Below, piece after piece: positions 28,519 to 38,163 of a stretch of DNA of 43,961 bases. Source of the DNA: Gammaproteobacteria bacterium (GTDB lineage: Bacteria > Pseudomonadota > Gammaproteobacteria > GCA-002705445 > GCA-002716945); NCBI GenBank assembly GCA_045561195.1, contig JBJKYE010000036.1, positions 1 to 43,961 on the forward strand, read 5' to 3'. The notes under the pieces were generated by a model that saw only the letters and a list, made by a program, of their open reading frames with translations, did no database searches and was not told the DNA's origin. How positions within the stretch are numbered: the stretch's first letter is position 1; each line of letters begins with the position of its first letter. The position numbers were made by a program, and so were the translations under genes.

Positions 28519-28583
28519 AACTAGTTCACTATATATAATTGAGATATTATAAATATAACAAAAAATATAAATTAATACTTCAT

Positions 28584-29507
28584 ATGAAAAGAAATAAAAT
28601 TAATATTGCCGTAATTGGCGTTGGCTATCTAGGCAAATTTCATCTAGAAAAGTTTCTATCTCACAAAAATTGTATAACTAAATGGATTGTAGATAGTAAC
28701 CTCAAAAATGAGAACCTCGATATTATTGAGAATATAGCAATAACTGATGATTATAAAGATATACTGAATGAAATTGATGCGGTTTCGATAGTAACTCCCA
28801 CAGTATCTCATTATGAAATAGCTAAATATTTTTTATCTAATAAGAAACATGTGCTTATTGAGAAGCCTATGACTCAGACAGTTTCACAAGCTGAGAAATT
28901 ACTATTACTTGCTAAAAAGAACAAAGTTATACTTCAAGCAGGACATCTTGAAAGGTTTAATCCAGTGATGAAAAAGCTTAGTCAAGATGTTAAAAACCCA
29001 GTTTTTATCGAAGTGCACAGATTAGCTAAATTTAATCCAAGATCAACAGATGTAAATGTAATATTTGATCTGATGATACATGATATTGATATAGTGACAA
29101 GTTTAATAAAGAATAAGATAAAAAAGATCTCTGCTTTTGGTAAAAAAATAATAACTAATAGCACAGATATTGCTAACGTTAGAATTGAGTTCGTAGGTGG
29201 TGCGGTTGCCAACCTAACTGCAAGTAGAATTAGTCAGAAAAACGAGAGGAAAGTCAGAATATTTCAGAGAGATAAATACTATTCTGTAGATTTTATGAAT
29301 TCTAGTATAAAAAGATATAATAAGACTCTCAAGTCAAAAAATGGCTTATTCAATTTTAAAGAGTTTACTTATGAAAAAGCAGATTCCTTGAAAGATGAAA
29401 TTAATAACTTCATACTGTCATGTATTGGCAAAGATAAACCCTTGGTTGATGGAGAACAGGGATTAAATGCTGTTAAAACAGCTACTATAATTTCAAAATT
29501 ATTATGA
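28584..29507 (+). CDS. Gfo/Idh/MocA-family NAD-dependent sugar-nucleotide oxidoreductase, GnnA-like (candidate UDP-GlcNAc 3-dehydrogenase)
   Basis: Rossmann motif IAVIGVGYLGKFH and the family EKP motif HVLIEKPMT. The start is set at ATG 28584 (MKRNKINIAVIG); the track's TTG 28539 adds a low-complexity extension. ATGA overlap with the downstream aminotransferase, in an operon with lpxB. The family call is solid; the GnnA function is inferred from context. Confidence 0.7.
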   Translation: MKRNKINIAVIGVGYLGKFHLEKFLSHKNCITKWIVDSNLKNENLDIIENIAITDDYKDILNEIDAVSIVTPTVSHYEIAKYFLSNKKHVLIEKPMTQTVSQAEKLLLLAKKNKVILQAGHLERFNPVMKKLSQDVKNPVFIEVHRLAKFNPRSTDVNVIFDLMIHDIDIVTSLIKNKIKKISAFGKKIITNSTDIANVRIEFVGGAVANLTASRISQKNERKVRIFQRDKYYSVDFMNSSIKRYNKTLKSKNGLFNFKEFTYEKADSLKDEINNFILSCIGKDKPLVDGEQGLNAVKTATIISKLL

Positions 29508-30601
29508 CTAAAATTAAAATATTTGACTTAAAAGAACAATATAAAACCATTGCCAAAGAAATCAATAAAAATGTGGCAAATATCTTGAGCTCTGGCCAGT
29601 ACATCCTGGGGAATAATGTTAAGTTATTAGAGGAGAATTTTGCAAAACATGTGGGCGCAAAGTATGCAATATCTTGTAACTCTGGAACAGATGCACTTCT
29701 GCTCTCTTTAAGAGCACTTGGCATTGGAAAAGGTGATGAGGTTATCACAACACCTTTTACTTATTTTGCTACAGCAGAGGTGATAGCTTTGGTAGGAGCT
29801 AAGCCAATATTTGCTGACATTAATCCTCATACATTTAATATTAATCATAAATTAATAGAAAGTCTTATTAACAAGAAAACCAAAGCTATAATGCCGGTTC
29901 ATTTATATGGGCAGTCATGTGAAATAACTAAAATCAGAAACATATGTAAAAAAAATAAAATTGCATTGATCGAAGATTGTGCGCAGTCTTTTGGGGCTAA
30001 ATTTAATGATAAACATACTGGGACATTTGGTGATTTTGGATGTTATAGTTTTTTTCCTACAAAAAACTTAGGTTGCGCTGGAGATGGAGGTATGATTGTA
30101 ACAAATAACCTTGGAAAATCCAAGATGCTTAAAAAACTCAGGAATCATGGCGGATTAGCAAGAAATGTTCATGAATACATTGGTTATAATTCAAGACTAG
30201 ATGAAATTCAAGCTTCTGTATTACTTACAAAACTCACAATAATTGACAAACTAAATGATTCACGAATAAAAATAGCAGAGAATTATAAAAAGCTTATCAA
30301 TAACAAAAACGTTAAAGTTCCTTATCAAGCAAAAAGTAGTTATCATGTCTATAATCAGTTTACCTTGAGGGTTAAAAAAAGAACGAGGTTTATAGCTCAT
30401 TTGGAAAAGCATAGTATCCCATATGGAATATATTATCCTATACCAATATATAAGCAAAAAGCATTTAAAGAGTTTAATTATAAATATGATCTTTCCAATG
30501 TTAATAAAATTACAAAAGAGTGCATTTCTATCCCGATCTACCCAGAGTTGGATAAAAAAAGTTCCAATAAAATAGTAGAAGTAATTAATAAATACAAATG
30601 A
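29504..30601 (+). CDS. DegT/DnrJ/EryC1/StrS-family PLP aminotransferase, GnnB-like (candidate UDP-3-keto-GlcNAc transaminase)
   Basis: 365 aa. AISCNSGTDALLL and the PLP-lysine context YSFFPTKNLGCAGDGGMIVTN are typical of sugar aminotransferases. ATGA overlaps on both sides (GnnA-like gene and lpxB). Confidence 0.7.
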   Translation: MTKIKIFDLKEQYKTIAKEINKNVANILSSGQYILGNNVKLLEENFAKHVGAKYAISCNSGTDALLLSLRALGIGKGDEVITTPFTYFATAEVIALVGAKPIFADINPHTFNINHKLIESLINKKTKAIMPVHLYGQSCEITKIRNICKKNKIALIEDCAQSFGAKFNDKHTGTFGDFGCYSFFPTKNLGCAGDGGMIVTNNLGKSKMLKKLRNHGGLARNVHEYIGYNSRLDEIQASVLLTKLTIIDKLNDSRIKIAENYKKLINNKNVKVPYQAKSSYHVYNQFTLRVKKRTRFIAHLEKHSIPYGIYYPIPIYKQKAFKEFNYKYDLSNVNKITKECISIPIYPELDKKSSNKIVEVINKYK

Positions 30602-31734
30602 TAAAACAAAAAAACATATTTATAATTGCAGGAGAATCATCTGGGGATCAACATGCCGCTAAATATATAACAGCACATGAGTCACTTAATTCAAATATCA
30701 AGTTCTCAGCAATCGGTCAAACTGAAATAAAGAAGACCAGCGCGGAGGTAATATTTAATTCTGAAGAAATATCAGTTGTAGGAATAATTGAAGTAATATC
30801 AAAATACAATAAAATTCTAAAAGCGCTTAATATTGCTTATAGTCATATTGACGAAACAAAGCCTGACTTAATAATCTTAGTAGATTATGTAGAATTTAAT
30901 CTTAAAATAGCTAATTACGCAAAATCTAAAGGCATAAAGGTTTTATTTTATATAGCACCTCAGGTATGGGCATGGAGAGAAAAGCGTATTGAAAAAATTA
31001 TAAATGCCGTTGACCATCTAGCTGTTGTATTTCCATTCGAAGAGAAACTTTTTAAAAAGTATACAGATAATGTTACATATGTGGGACACCCTCTTGCAGA
31101 CAACCCTAAATTTAAAATTAACTCTAATGATTATAATGATAAGAGCATTGATATAGGAATATTCCCTGGCAGCAGAGATTCAGAGATCAAAAACAACCTG
31201 CATATAATGTTGAATTGTATAAAATTATCTAAAGATGAAAATATAATGGATAAAAATATCAAAATATTTTATTCAAATAATACAGCGAAAAGGAAGATTC
31301 TTAGTCTACTACCGAAAGGCTGGGAAGACACTCTGGCTGATGGCAGAAATATTGAAGAAATAGCAAACTGCAAAAAAGCGATCACAGCATCAGGGACTAT
31401 TACTCTAGAGTTAGCGCTTTTAAATATCCCTATGGTAATAATGTATAAGCTTGCTTTTGTAACTTTCATTATCATGAAAAGCATGGTTAAGGTAAAATAT
31501 ATAGGCTTGGTAAATTTAATTCTTGGAGAGAAATTAGGTTCAAAACCAATTGTAAAGGAGTTTATACAACCGGATTATAATGATGAAGTGCAAGTTATGG
31601 TTGAATTACAAAAAATAGACAAGGATGATAAATATAGAAATGAAATTGAATCAGGATACAGTAAGATACGAAGTAGTTTACAACCAGGAGCTGCAAAAAA
31701 CTTAGTTGCCCTGGTAGAAAAGATGATAAGGTAG
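30598..31734 (+). CDS. lpxB: lipid-A-disaccharide synthase
   Basis: 378 aa. N-terminus IFIIAGESSGDQHAAKY, plus APQVWAWR and TASGTITLELALL motifs of LpxB. Confidence 0.92.
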   Translation: MIKQKNIFIIAGESSGDQHAAKYITAHESLNSNIKFSAIGQTEIKKTSAEVIFNSEEISVVGIIEVISKYNKILKALNIAYSHIDETKPDLIILVDYVEFNLKIANYAKSKGIKVLFYIAPQVWAWREKRIEKIINAVDHLAVVFPFEEKLFKKYTDNVTYVGHPLADNPKFKINSNDYNDKSIDIGIFPGSRDSEIKNNLHIMLNCIKLSKDENIMDKNIKIFYSNNTAKRKILSLLPKGWEDTLADGRNIEEIANCKKAITASGTITLELALLNIPMVIMYKLAFVTFIIMKSMVKVKYIGLVNLILGEKLGSKPIVKEFIQPDYNDEVQVMVELQKIDKDDKYRNEIESGYSKIRSSLQPGAAKNLVALVEKMIR

Positions 31735-32505
31735 CTATCTGGTTACCCCTCTTTCACTGCTGTTCACAAAGTCAATGAAGTAGTCAACCTCTGTACAATT
31801 AATCCCAAGTTTATTGAATGATTCATTAACTTGCGATCTATTTGATTTAGATTTGACAAATAACTTAAATGTTTTTTCTAATGATCGAATTACTTCATCT
31901 GAGAAACCTTTTCTTTTTAGACCTGCTGTATTAATTTTATATGCTTGCGCATGATTACCAGCAACCAATGTAAATGGTGTGACATCCCTAGAAATTACAG
32001 TCCCTAAACCACTAAATGCATAATCTCCAATATCGACAAATTGATGAACCAATGTAAAACCACCGAGAGAAACACTTCTACCAAGCGTTACATGCCCTGC
32101 TAAAGATGCGGCATTTGATAGAATACAGTCATCTTTAATTACACAGTCATGTGCTACATGTGTATAGGCCATAAATAAATTATTTGACCCAATAGTAGTT
32201 TTGTTTATACCCGTTACAGTGCCGCGATTAACTGTTGAATATTCTCTAAAAATATTATTATCCCCTATAACTAATTTAGTATCTTCTCCTTTGTATTTAA
32301 GATCTTGAGGATCCTCTCCTATTGATGCAAATTGATAAATATGGTTGTTTTTTCCAATAGTCGTATAATTTTTAATTACTGTATGGGATTCAATAATAGT
32401 CCCACTATCAATCTTTACATTATCATAAATAATAGAGTATGGGCCTATGCTCACTGATGAATCTATTTCGGCTGATTTTGATATTATGGCAGTTGGGTGA
32501 ATCAT
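31735..32505 (-). CDS. lpxA: acyl-ACP--UDP-N-acetylglucosamine O-acyltransferase (or the N-acyltransferase equivalent if the substrate is UDP-GlcNAc3N)
   Basis: 256 aa. Left-handed beta-helix hexapeptide repeats starting MIHPTAIISKSAEI, with a C-terminal helical domain. fabZ-lpxA order with a 4-nt overlap. Confidence 0.95.
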   Translation of the reverse strand: MIHPTAIISKSAEIDSSVSIGPYSIIYDNVKIDSGTIIESHTVIKNYTTIGKNNHIYQFASIGEDPQDLKYKGEDTKLVIGDNNIFREYSTVNRGTVTGINKTTIGSNNLFMAYTHVAHDCVIKDDCILSNAASLAGHVTLGRSVSLGGFTLVHQFVDIGDYAFSGLGTVISRDVTPFTLVAGNHAQAYKINTAGLKRKGFSDEVIRSLEKTFKLFVKSKSNRSQVNESFNKLGINCTEVDYFIDFVNSSERGVTR

Positions 32506-32936
32506 TCTTTTTCTCTAACAGCTCCTATTAATTCGGCTGAACAAACAATTTTCTCATCAACTTTACAAGAGGCGGTAAACTTATGAACATCTCTTTTACT
32601 CTGATTAAGTTTTACGTCTATTATTAAAATATCACCAGGGATTACAGGTTTTTTAAACCTTGCTTTATCTATACCAACGAAATAATATAGTAAATTATCT
32701 TTTGGCCTTTCATTGCTTTTAAAATCTAATAAAGCTGTAGCTTGAGCCATGGCTTCTAGAATTAAAACACCCGGAAAAACAGGATATCCTGGAAAATGAC
32801 CCTGAAAAAATGGTTCATTATTACTAACATTTTTTTGAGCTATCAAATAATCATATTTTTTAAAATCAATTATTTTATCAATTAGAAGGAATGGGTATCT
32901 ATGTGGTAAATAGTTTTGTATATCATTATTGCTCAT
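32502..32936 (-). CDS. fabZ: 3-hydroxyacyl-ACP dehydratase FabZ
   Basis: 144 aa. LPHRYPFLLIDKI and FFQGHFPGYPVFPGVLILEAMAQ. Confidence 0.95.
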   Translation of the reverse strand: MSNNDIQNYLPHRYPFLLIDKIIDFKKYDYLIAQKNVSNNEPFFQGHFPGYPVFPGVLILEAMAQATALLDFKSNERPKDNLLYYFVGIDKARFKKPVIPGDILIIDVKLNQSKRDVHKFTASCKVDEKIVCSAELIGAVREKE

Positions 32937-32950
32937 ATGTGCTCCAAATA

Positions 32951-33907
32951 TTATGTTATTTTTTTAATAGCTTTTGCCAGCAGATCTAATTCTTTAAACC
33001 GGGCTTGATTTTTTCTCCAACTAGCAACTGGTTCAACAGTTGTTCCAGAAGCATACATCCCCTCTTTGTTTATTGATTTAGTAACCATAGTCATTCCATG
33101 AATATGAACATTATCAACAATCGTAATATGTCCATTTATTCCTGAACCTCCGCCAATGGTGCAGTTTTTACCTATAGATGTGCTTCCAGCTATGCCGACA
33201 CAAGCTGCAATAGCAGTATTTTCATCAATGAATACATTATGAGCAATATGTACAAGATTATCAATTTTTACATTTTTTGATATCACTGTGCTATCTAGAG
33301 TACCCCGATCAATAGTTGTACCAGCTCCAATTTCAACATCATTCTTTATGATTACATTACCTATGTGTGGAACTTTTATCCATTTACCTTCATCTTGTAC
33401 TAATCCAAAACCATCTGAGCCTATCACTGCCCCTGGGTGAATCACGACATTATTGCCTATGACTGTTCCATCACATAGAGTGCTGTTAGGGTAGATAATA
33501 CAGTTTTCTCCAATAGTAACATTACTTCCTATTGACACATGAGCACCTAATAATGTGCTGTCAGGAATTAAATCTTTTTTAGGATTAGGCGAGAACAAAG
33601 AGCTTGAAGATAGATTAATAGAATCATTTATTAATTTCGAAAATATTAACTGCGGGTTATCATTGATTAGTAAAGATATTTTTTCGTTATTAATCAAATT
33701 ACTAATCTCTTCATTAGTAATCAAACATTCCAGATTAGAATAATTAATTAAGGATAAAAATCTACTATCAGATATATATGATATTGATTTCTTCTGGCTG
33801 TTAGTAAGACTGCAGACTGAATCAAACTCAACCGATGGATCTCCTTTTATAACACTTTTATAAGATTTAGAAATTTCTTGTAAAGAATATTTTTTTTTAA
33901 GCCTCAT
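32951..33907 (-). CDS. lpxD: UDP-3-O-acylglucosamine N-acyltransferase
   Basis: 318 aa. Uridine-binding N-domain followed by long hexapeptide-repeat beta-helix. skp-lpxD-fabZ order. Confidence 0.92.
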   Translation of the reverse strand: MRLKKKYSLQEISKSYKSVIKGDPSVEFDSVCSLTNSQKKSISYISDSRFLSLINYSNLECLITNEEISNLINNEKISLLINDNPQLIFSKLINDSINLSSSSLFSPNPKKDLIPDSTLLGAHVSIGSNVTIGENCIIYPNSTLCDGTVIGNNVVIHPGAVIGSDGFGLVQDEGKWIKVPHIGNVIIKNDVEIGAGTTIDRGTLDSTVISKNVKIDNLVHIAHNVFIDENTAIAACVGIAGSTSIGKNCTIGGGSGINGHITIVDNVHIHGMTMVTKSINKEGMYASGTTVEPVASWRKNQARFKELDLLAKAIKKIT

Positions 33908-34416
33908 TATTGAAGTTTAGAGATAATCTCTTGAGTAATATTTATATATTTTTTTGCATACAATGTCGTGCCATCAGCTCTGATTATAATATCAAAATCA
34001 TTTTCTTCAGCATAATCATTTATTGCAGTCTCTACTATAACTCTAATTTTAGACAATTCTTCTTGTTGAACTTTTTGAAGATCTGCTTGAATTTTTTCTT
34101 GTCCAGTTCTAAATTTATTTTCAATATTCTGTATCTTTTTCACAAGCGCGCTCTTTTCTTTTTCAGACATTATAGCTTCATTCTTAAGATAGTCATCATT
34201 CAAGGTATTCCATTCTTGCTCAAGAGTTTTTAGATTCCTGGCTCTTGGGTCAAATTGTTTTTTAACTTTTTCTTGTGATTCACGATAAATTGGAATCTCT
34301 TTGAATAGGTTATCTAAATTTACAATGCCCATTTTTAGTTCAGCTGAAGCTGAATTAGATAAAAATGAAAACATCAGAAAAATCAATGCTAGATGTATAT
34401 ATTTATTAGTAAACAT
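33907..34416 (-). CDS. skp: periplasmic chaperone Skp (OmpH)
   Basis: 169 aa. Signal peptide ending SASA/E, then [11 protein letters not shown] and long K/E/Q-rich coiled arms. Lies between bamA and lpxD. Confidence 0.85.
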   Translation of the reverse strand: MFTNKYIHLALIFLMFSFLSNSASAELKMGIVNLDNLFKEIPIYRESQEKVKKQFDPRARNLKTLEQEWNTLNDDYLKNEAIMSEKEKSALVKKIQNIENKFRTGQEKIQADLQKVQQEELSKIRVIVETAINDYAEENDFDIIIRADGTTLYAKKYINITQEIISKLQ

Positions 34417-34417
34417 T

Positions 34418-36808
34418 TTAAAAATTTCCTCCTAATTGAAACACTACCTGTTGTGTATCGTCACCTTCTTTAGTTTTTAGTGTATCAACAAAACCGACGG
34501 TTACACCTCCAATAGGGGTAAGGACATTAAACTCCACCCCATAGCTTGCTCTAAGCTCATTGTATTCGAAATTGTTAACTTTCTCAAATACGTTTCCAAC
34601 ATCAATAAATAGTGTAGATCTAAGAGATCTAGTATCCTCACCTAAAAAAGCAGGTGGAGAAAATATCCAATTAAATTGTGCAGCAGTTAAGAAGTCACCC
34701 CCTACAGCATCACACTCAATAAATTTACCAGGCACTGCCTTTGCAGCACACGTATTCTCATTTCTTCCTGCATTATATGTCAATGGACCAAGACTTGCTG
34801 CTTTGAAGCCACGAACAGTAGTATTGCCTCCAGCAAAAAATTTACTATAGAATGGCAAAGATGTGGCCCCTTCTAACCCAACCCCAAGACCTATAACGGT
34901 TTTAGCCTGAAGTACTGTCGGCCAATCAAATCCAAATGTTTTTAGGACATATCCTTTGTTAGATTCTGTTCTATATTGCATAGATGCATATGATGCACCC
35001 TCTAGACCTAGAAAAATTTCTGTTGATAATGAATTCAATATTCCAGCTTCTGCAAATATAGTCCTATTTCTTGTATCTGAAACATAACTTCCCTTTAAAG
35101 ATAAGCCGAATGCAGTATCACCATGATCTTCAATATGATGAGTAACTATAATTGGTGAAAAAGCTGTTGTAGTAAAATCTGTATAGGTCAGATCATAACC
35201 AACTCCAATTGTTGCTGTTTCTGATATTGGCATGTTATAAAGCACTCCCCCACCCAATACATCAGAAAGATAAGATGATGTTGATGTCCCGCTTACATCA
35301 GTTTGACTTATTACAGCATTTACAGTTCTACTAACACCGTCAGCGGTATAAAATGGATCAGTTAATAAAAAACGTAATGATGTGTTAACCGTACTTTTTG
35401 ATGCTTTTAAACCAACATTTTTACCAATACCTAAGAAATTATCTTGTTGAAGATCGATATCAAATATTGCGCCATCTGTATCTGACCAGCCAGCACTAAC
35501 TTTAAACTCCCCAGCTTTTCTTTCCTTGATTCTAAATGTGACATCAACAAGATCATTTGAATTAGATACTCGAGTTTTTTCAACTTTTACATCTTCAACA
35601 AACTTTAATCTTTGAAGTCTAATTTTTGATCTTTCTATTTTAGCATTATTATGAAGTGATGATTCGAATTGGCGTAATTCTCTCCTATAGACTTCATCAT
35701 TTGTATTGTCATTACCAATAATATTTATCCTCCTAACTAAACTTTTTTGTCCAGGAGTAATTCTAAATTCTACATCAACTATCTTAGTCGCATCGTCAAT
35801 AATTGGGATTGCTTGAATTTCTGGAAATGCAAAACCTGCATTACCTAACATGTAGGATATAATATCTTCCGATTGTTTTAATTTGTTTCTAGAAAATGTC
35901 TGTTTTGGCAAGATAACAGATGATATATTATTGATTACATCAAGTTTTGGGAGCACGCTGTTCCCAAATAATTTGAGATCACCAAATTCATACTTATCGC
36001 CCTCATCGACATTTATTGTGATAATAATATCTTTATTATTATTAGATAAATTAACTTGGTTAGATACCACTCGGAACCTAACATATCCACGATCAAAGTA
36101 ATAATTTTCAATTTTAGAAATATCAGATCGTAATACTGAACTAGAATAAGTATCTTTTGATGACCAAAACTCGAAGAAATATGTTGTGCCTAAGTCCATA
36201 ATGCTTAATAGCTTTTTATTATCAAATACTTTATTGCCGATTATATTTATTTCCTTGATAGTAGAGGCGTCTCCCTCTTTTATAATTAACTCTAAGCTGA
36301 CTCGATTTCTCTCTAATTTGTTAACTTTAGTTTTTATTGACGCATTATATCTCCCTCTATCGAAATATAGTCGGACTAATTCTTGTTCAATCTTGTCGAA
36401 TATATTCTTATCAAATGGTTGTGTTCTAGAGATCCCAACATCTTCCAATGCAGTTATAATATCTTCATCTTCAATTATATTATTATCTGTAACAATGATA
36501 CTTGAGACAATAGGTTTTTCAGTAACAGAAATTATTAAATCATTAAAGTTTTGAGTAACAGATATGTCATCGAAATAATTTGTGTCATAAAGCCTTTTGA
36601 TGACATTTTTAATCAGCTCTGATGTGATTTGATCTCCTTTAAAGATATTAGCATACGTCAAGATCGTATCATCTGTAACCCTTTGGTTCCCTTGAATAAT
36701 AATTTTAGAGATAGAGAGCTGGTTTTCGCTATTTTCCTCTTCAGCTATTACGACATTGAATAATAAAAAAGGAATGAATAATAGAACTAATAAAATATTT
36801 TTAAACAT
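34418..36808 (-). CDS. bamA: outer membrane protein assembly factor BamA
   Basis: 796 aa. Signal peptide, POTRA repeats (for example IIIQGNQRVTDDTIL and INIIGN), and a C-terminal beta-barrel ending FQLGGNF. Confidence 0.95.
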   Translation of the reverse strand: MFKNILLVLLFIPFLLFNVVIAEEENSENQLSISKIIIQGNQRVTDDTILTYANIFKGDQITSELIKNVIKRLYDTNYFDDISVTQNFNDLIISVTEKPIVSSIIVTDNNIIEDEDIITALEDVGISRTQPFDKNIFDKIEQELVRLYFDRGRYNASIKTKVNKLERNRVSLELIIKEGDASTIKEINIIGNKVFDNKKLLSIMDLGTTYFFEFWSSKDTYSSSVLRSDISKIENYYFDRGYVRFRVVSNQVNLSNNNKDIIITINVDEGDKYEFGDLKLFGNSVLPKLDVINNISSVILPKQTFSRNKLKQSEDIISYMLGNAGFAFPEIQAIPIIDDATKIVDVEFRITPGQKSLVRRINIIGNDNTNDEVYRRELRQFESSLHNNAKIERSKIRLQRLKFVEDVKVEKTRVSNSNDLVDVTFRIKERKAGEFKVSAGWSDTDGAIFDIDLQQDNFLGIGKNVGLKASKSTVNTSLRFLLTDPFYTADGVSRTVNAVISQTDVSGTSTSSYLSDVLGGGVLYNMPISETATIGVGYDLTYTDFTTTAFSPIIVTHHIEDHGDTAFGLSLKGSYVSDTRNRTIFAEAGILNSLSTEIFLGLEGASYASMQYRTESNKGYVLKTFGFDWPTVLQAKTVIGLGVGLEGATSLPFYSKFFAGGNTTVRGFKAASLGPLTYNAGRNENTCAAKAVPGKFIECDAVGGDFLTAAQFNWIFSPPAFLGEDTRSLRSTLFIDVGNVFEKVNNFEYNELRASYGVEFNVLTPIGGVTVGFVDTLKTKEGDDTQQVVFQLGGNF

Positions 36809-38163
36809 TAATTCATTAGCCTCATATAATCATTATAAAATGCTAGAACCATAATCCCCAGTAAAATTATTAATCCAAATTGCTGTGCTACGAGTTGAAT
36901 TTTTTCTGACACAGGATGACCAGTGATCATCTCGATAATATAGTATACTAAATGCCCACCATCCAACACTGGTATTGGTAATAAGTTTAAAACGCCGAGA
37001 CTTATACTTAATATAGCTAGTAAATATGCAAAATAGACCACACCCATTGATAAAGATTTCCCAGAAAACTCAGCTATACTCAACGGGCCACTTATATTAT
37101 TAGTATTAGCTTGTCCTGTAAAAAGCTCAAATATCATCTTAAAGGTTAATATTGTAAAATCATAAGTTAAAATCAAGGACTTAGATATTGACTCAAAGAA
37201 TGGATACTTAACCAAAACACGATAATCATTTAGTGAGTATGTATCAGGCGAAACTCCAACATATCCTAAAACCCTATCATTTATGGTTCGTGATGAGGGT
37301 ACTATAACCAAATCAATTACGTCTTCCCCTCTTTGAACGTTAAGTTGAAGAATCTTATTTGGATTATTTCTCATTAATAATGAAAAGTTCTCCCAATTAG
37401 AAATTTTTGTATCGTTAACTGAAATAATTATATCACCTATGTATAATCCTGATAAAGATGCGGGCGAATTATTCTCAATTGACCCAATTATTGCAGGAAG
37501 TTCTGGAGTTTTAACATTCAGGCCTATATTAGGAATAATATCTCCATCTAGTTGCAATATATTTTCATCATAATTCAAGTCGATAGTTTTAATATCTGTG
37601 GAAGTTGATTTAATATGTAGTTTTATATCACGAGAGTTTACAACAGCATTGAGAATTTCCACTCTTACATCCTGCCATCTTTTTGTTTTTACATCATTGA
37701 CTCTTAATATTTCAAATTTGTCTATATCTGTAGTGGCACTTAAGGTGTAGCCATCAACAGAAGTAATATATGGTTTCATGCCAGTAATCCCAGAGAAATG
37801 CACAAACACAAAGAAGATTACAGCTAGTATCAAATTAAACACTGGACCTGCAGCAACAATTAAAAATTTTTTATAAACTGACTGTTTATCAAAACATTGA
37901 TTTAGTAATTCTGTATCCATTGGAGTTTCTGATTCCCTGGACTCGAGCATTTTAACATACCCGCCAAGTGGGATTAAACCTATTGAATACTCTGTACCAT
38001 TAACAGTAGATTTTCTTTTATAAATTTTTCTTCCAAAACCAATACTAAAATCTAGGACCTTTACATTAAATAATCTTGCTATATAAAAATGACCAAACTC
38101 ATGAAAGGTTACAAGAATACCTATTGCAATAAAAAAACCAATTATACTTTGTATTATTTCCAT
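36808..38163 (-). CDS. rseP: RIP zinc metalloprotease RseP
   Basis: 451 aa. HEFGHF (HExxH) in the first TM helix, central PDZ region, and C-terminal NLLPIPVLDGGH motif. Confidence 0.93.
   Translation of the reverse strand: MEIIQSIIGFFIAIGILVTFHEFGHFYIARLFNVKVLDFSIGFGRKIYKRKSTVNGTEYSIGLIPLGGYVKMLESRESETPMDTELLNQCFDKQSVYKKFLIVAAGPVFNLILAVIFFVFVHFSGITGMKPYITSVDGYTLSATTDIDKFEILRVNDVKTKRWQDVRVEILNAVVNSRDIKLHIKSTSTDIKTIDLNYDENILQLDGDIIPNIGLNVKTPELPAIIGSIENNSPASLSGLYIGDIIISVNDTKISNWENFSLLMRNNPNKILQLNVQRGEDVIDLVIVPSSRTINDRVLGYVGVSPDTYSLNDYRVLVKYPFFESISKSLILTYDFTILTFKMIFELFTGQANTNNISGPLSIAEFSGKSLSMGVVYFAYLLAILSISLGVLNLLPIPVLDGGHLVYYIIEMITGHPVSEKIQLVAQQFGLIILLGIMVLAFYNDYMRLMN

Noticed and set aside
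28539-28583. TTG-initiated 15-codon extension of the GnnA-like ORF (MRYYKYNKKYKLILH)
   Set aside because: The sequence is low-complexity. The Rossmann fold begins right after the ATG at 28584, as expected for Gfo/Idh/MocA enzymes.
36186-36554. 122-aa plus-strand ORF inside bamA
   Set aside because: Antisense to the well-supported bamA gene, with no independent signals. The same applies to 34560-34850 and 35883-36101.
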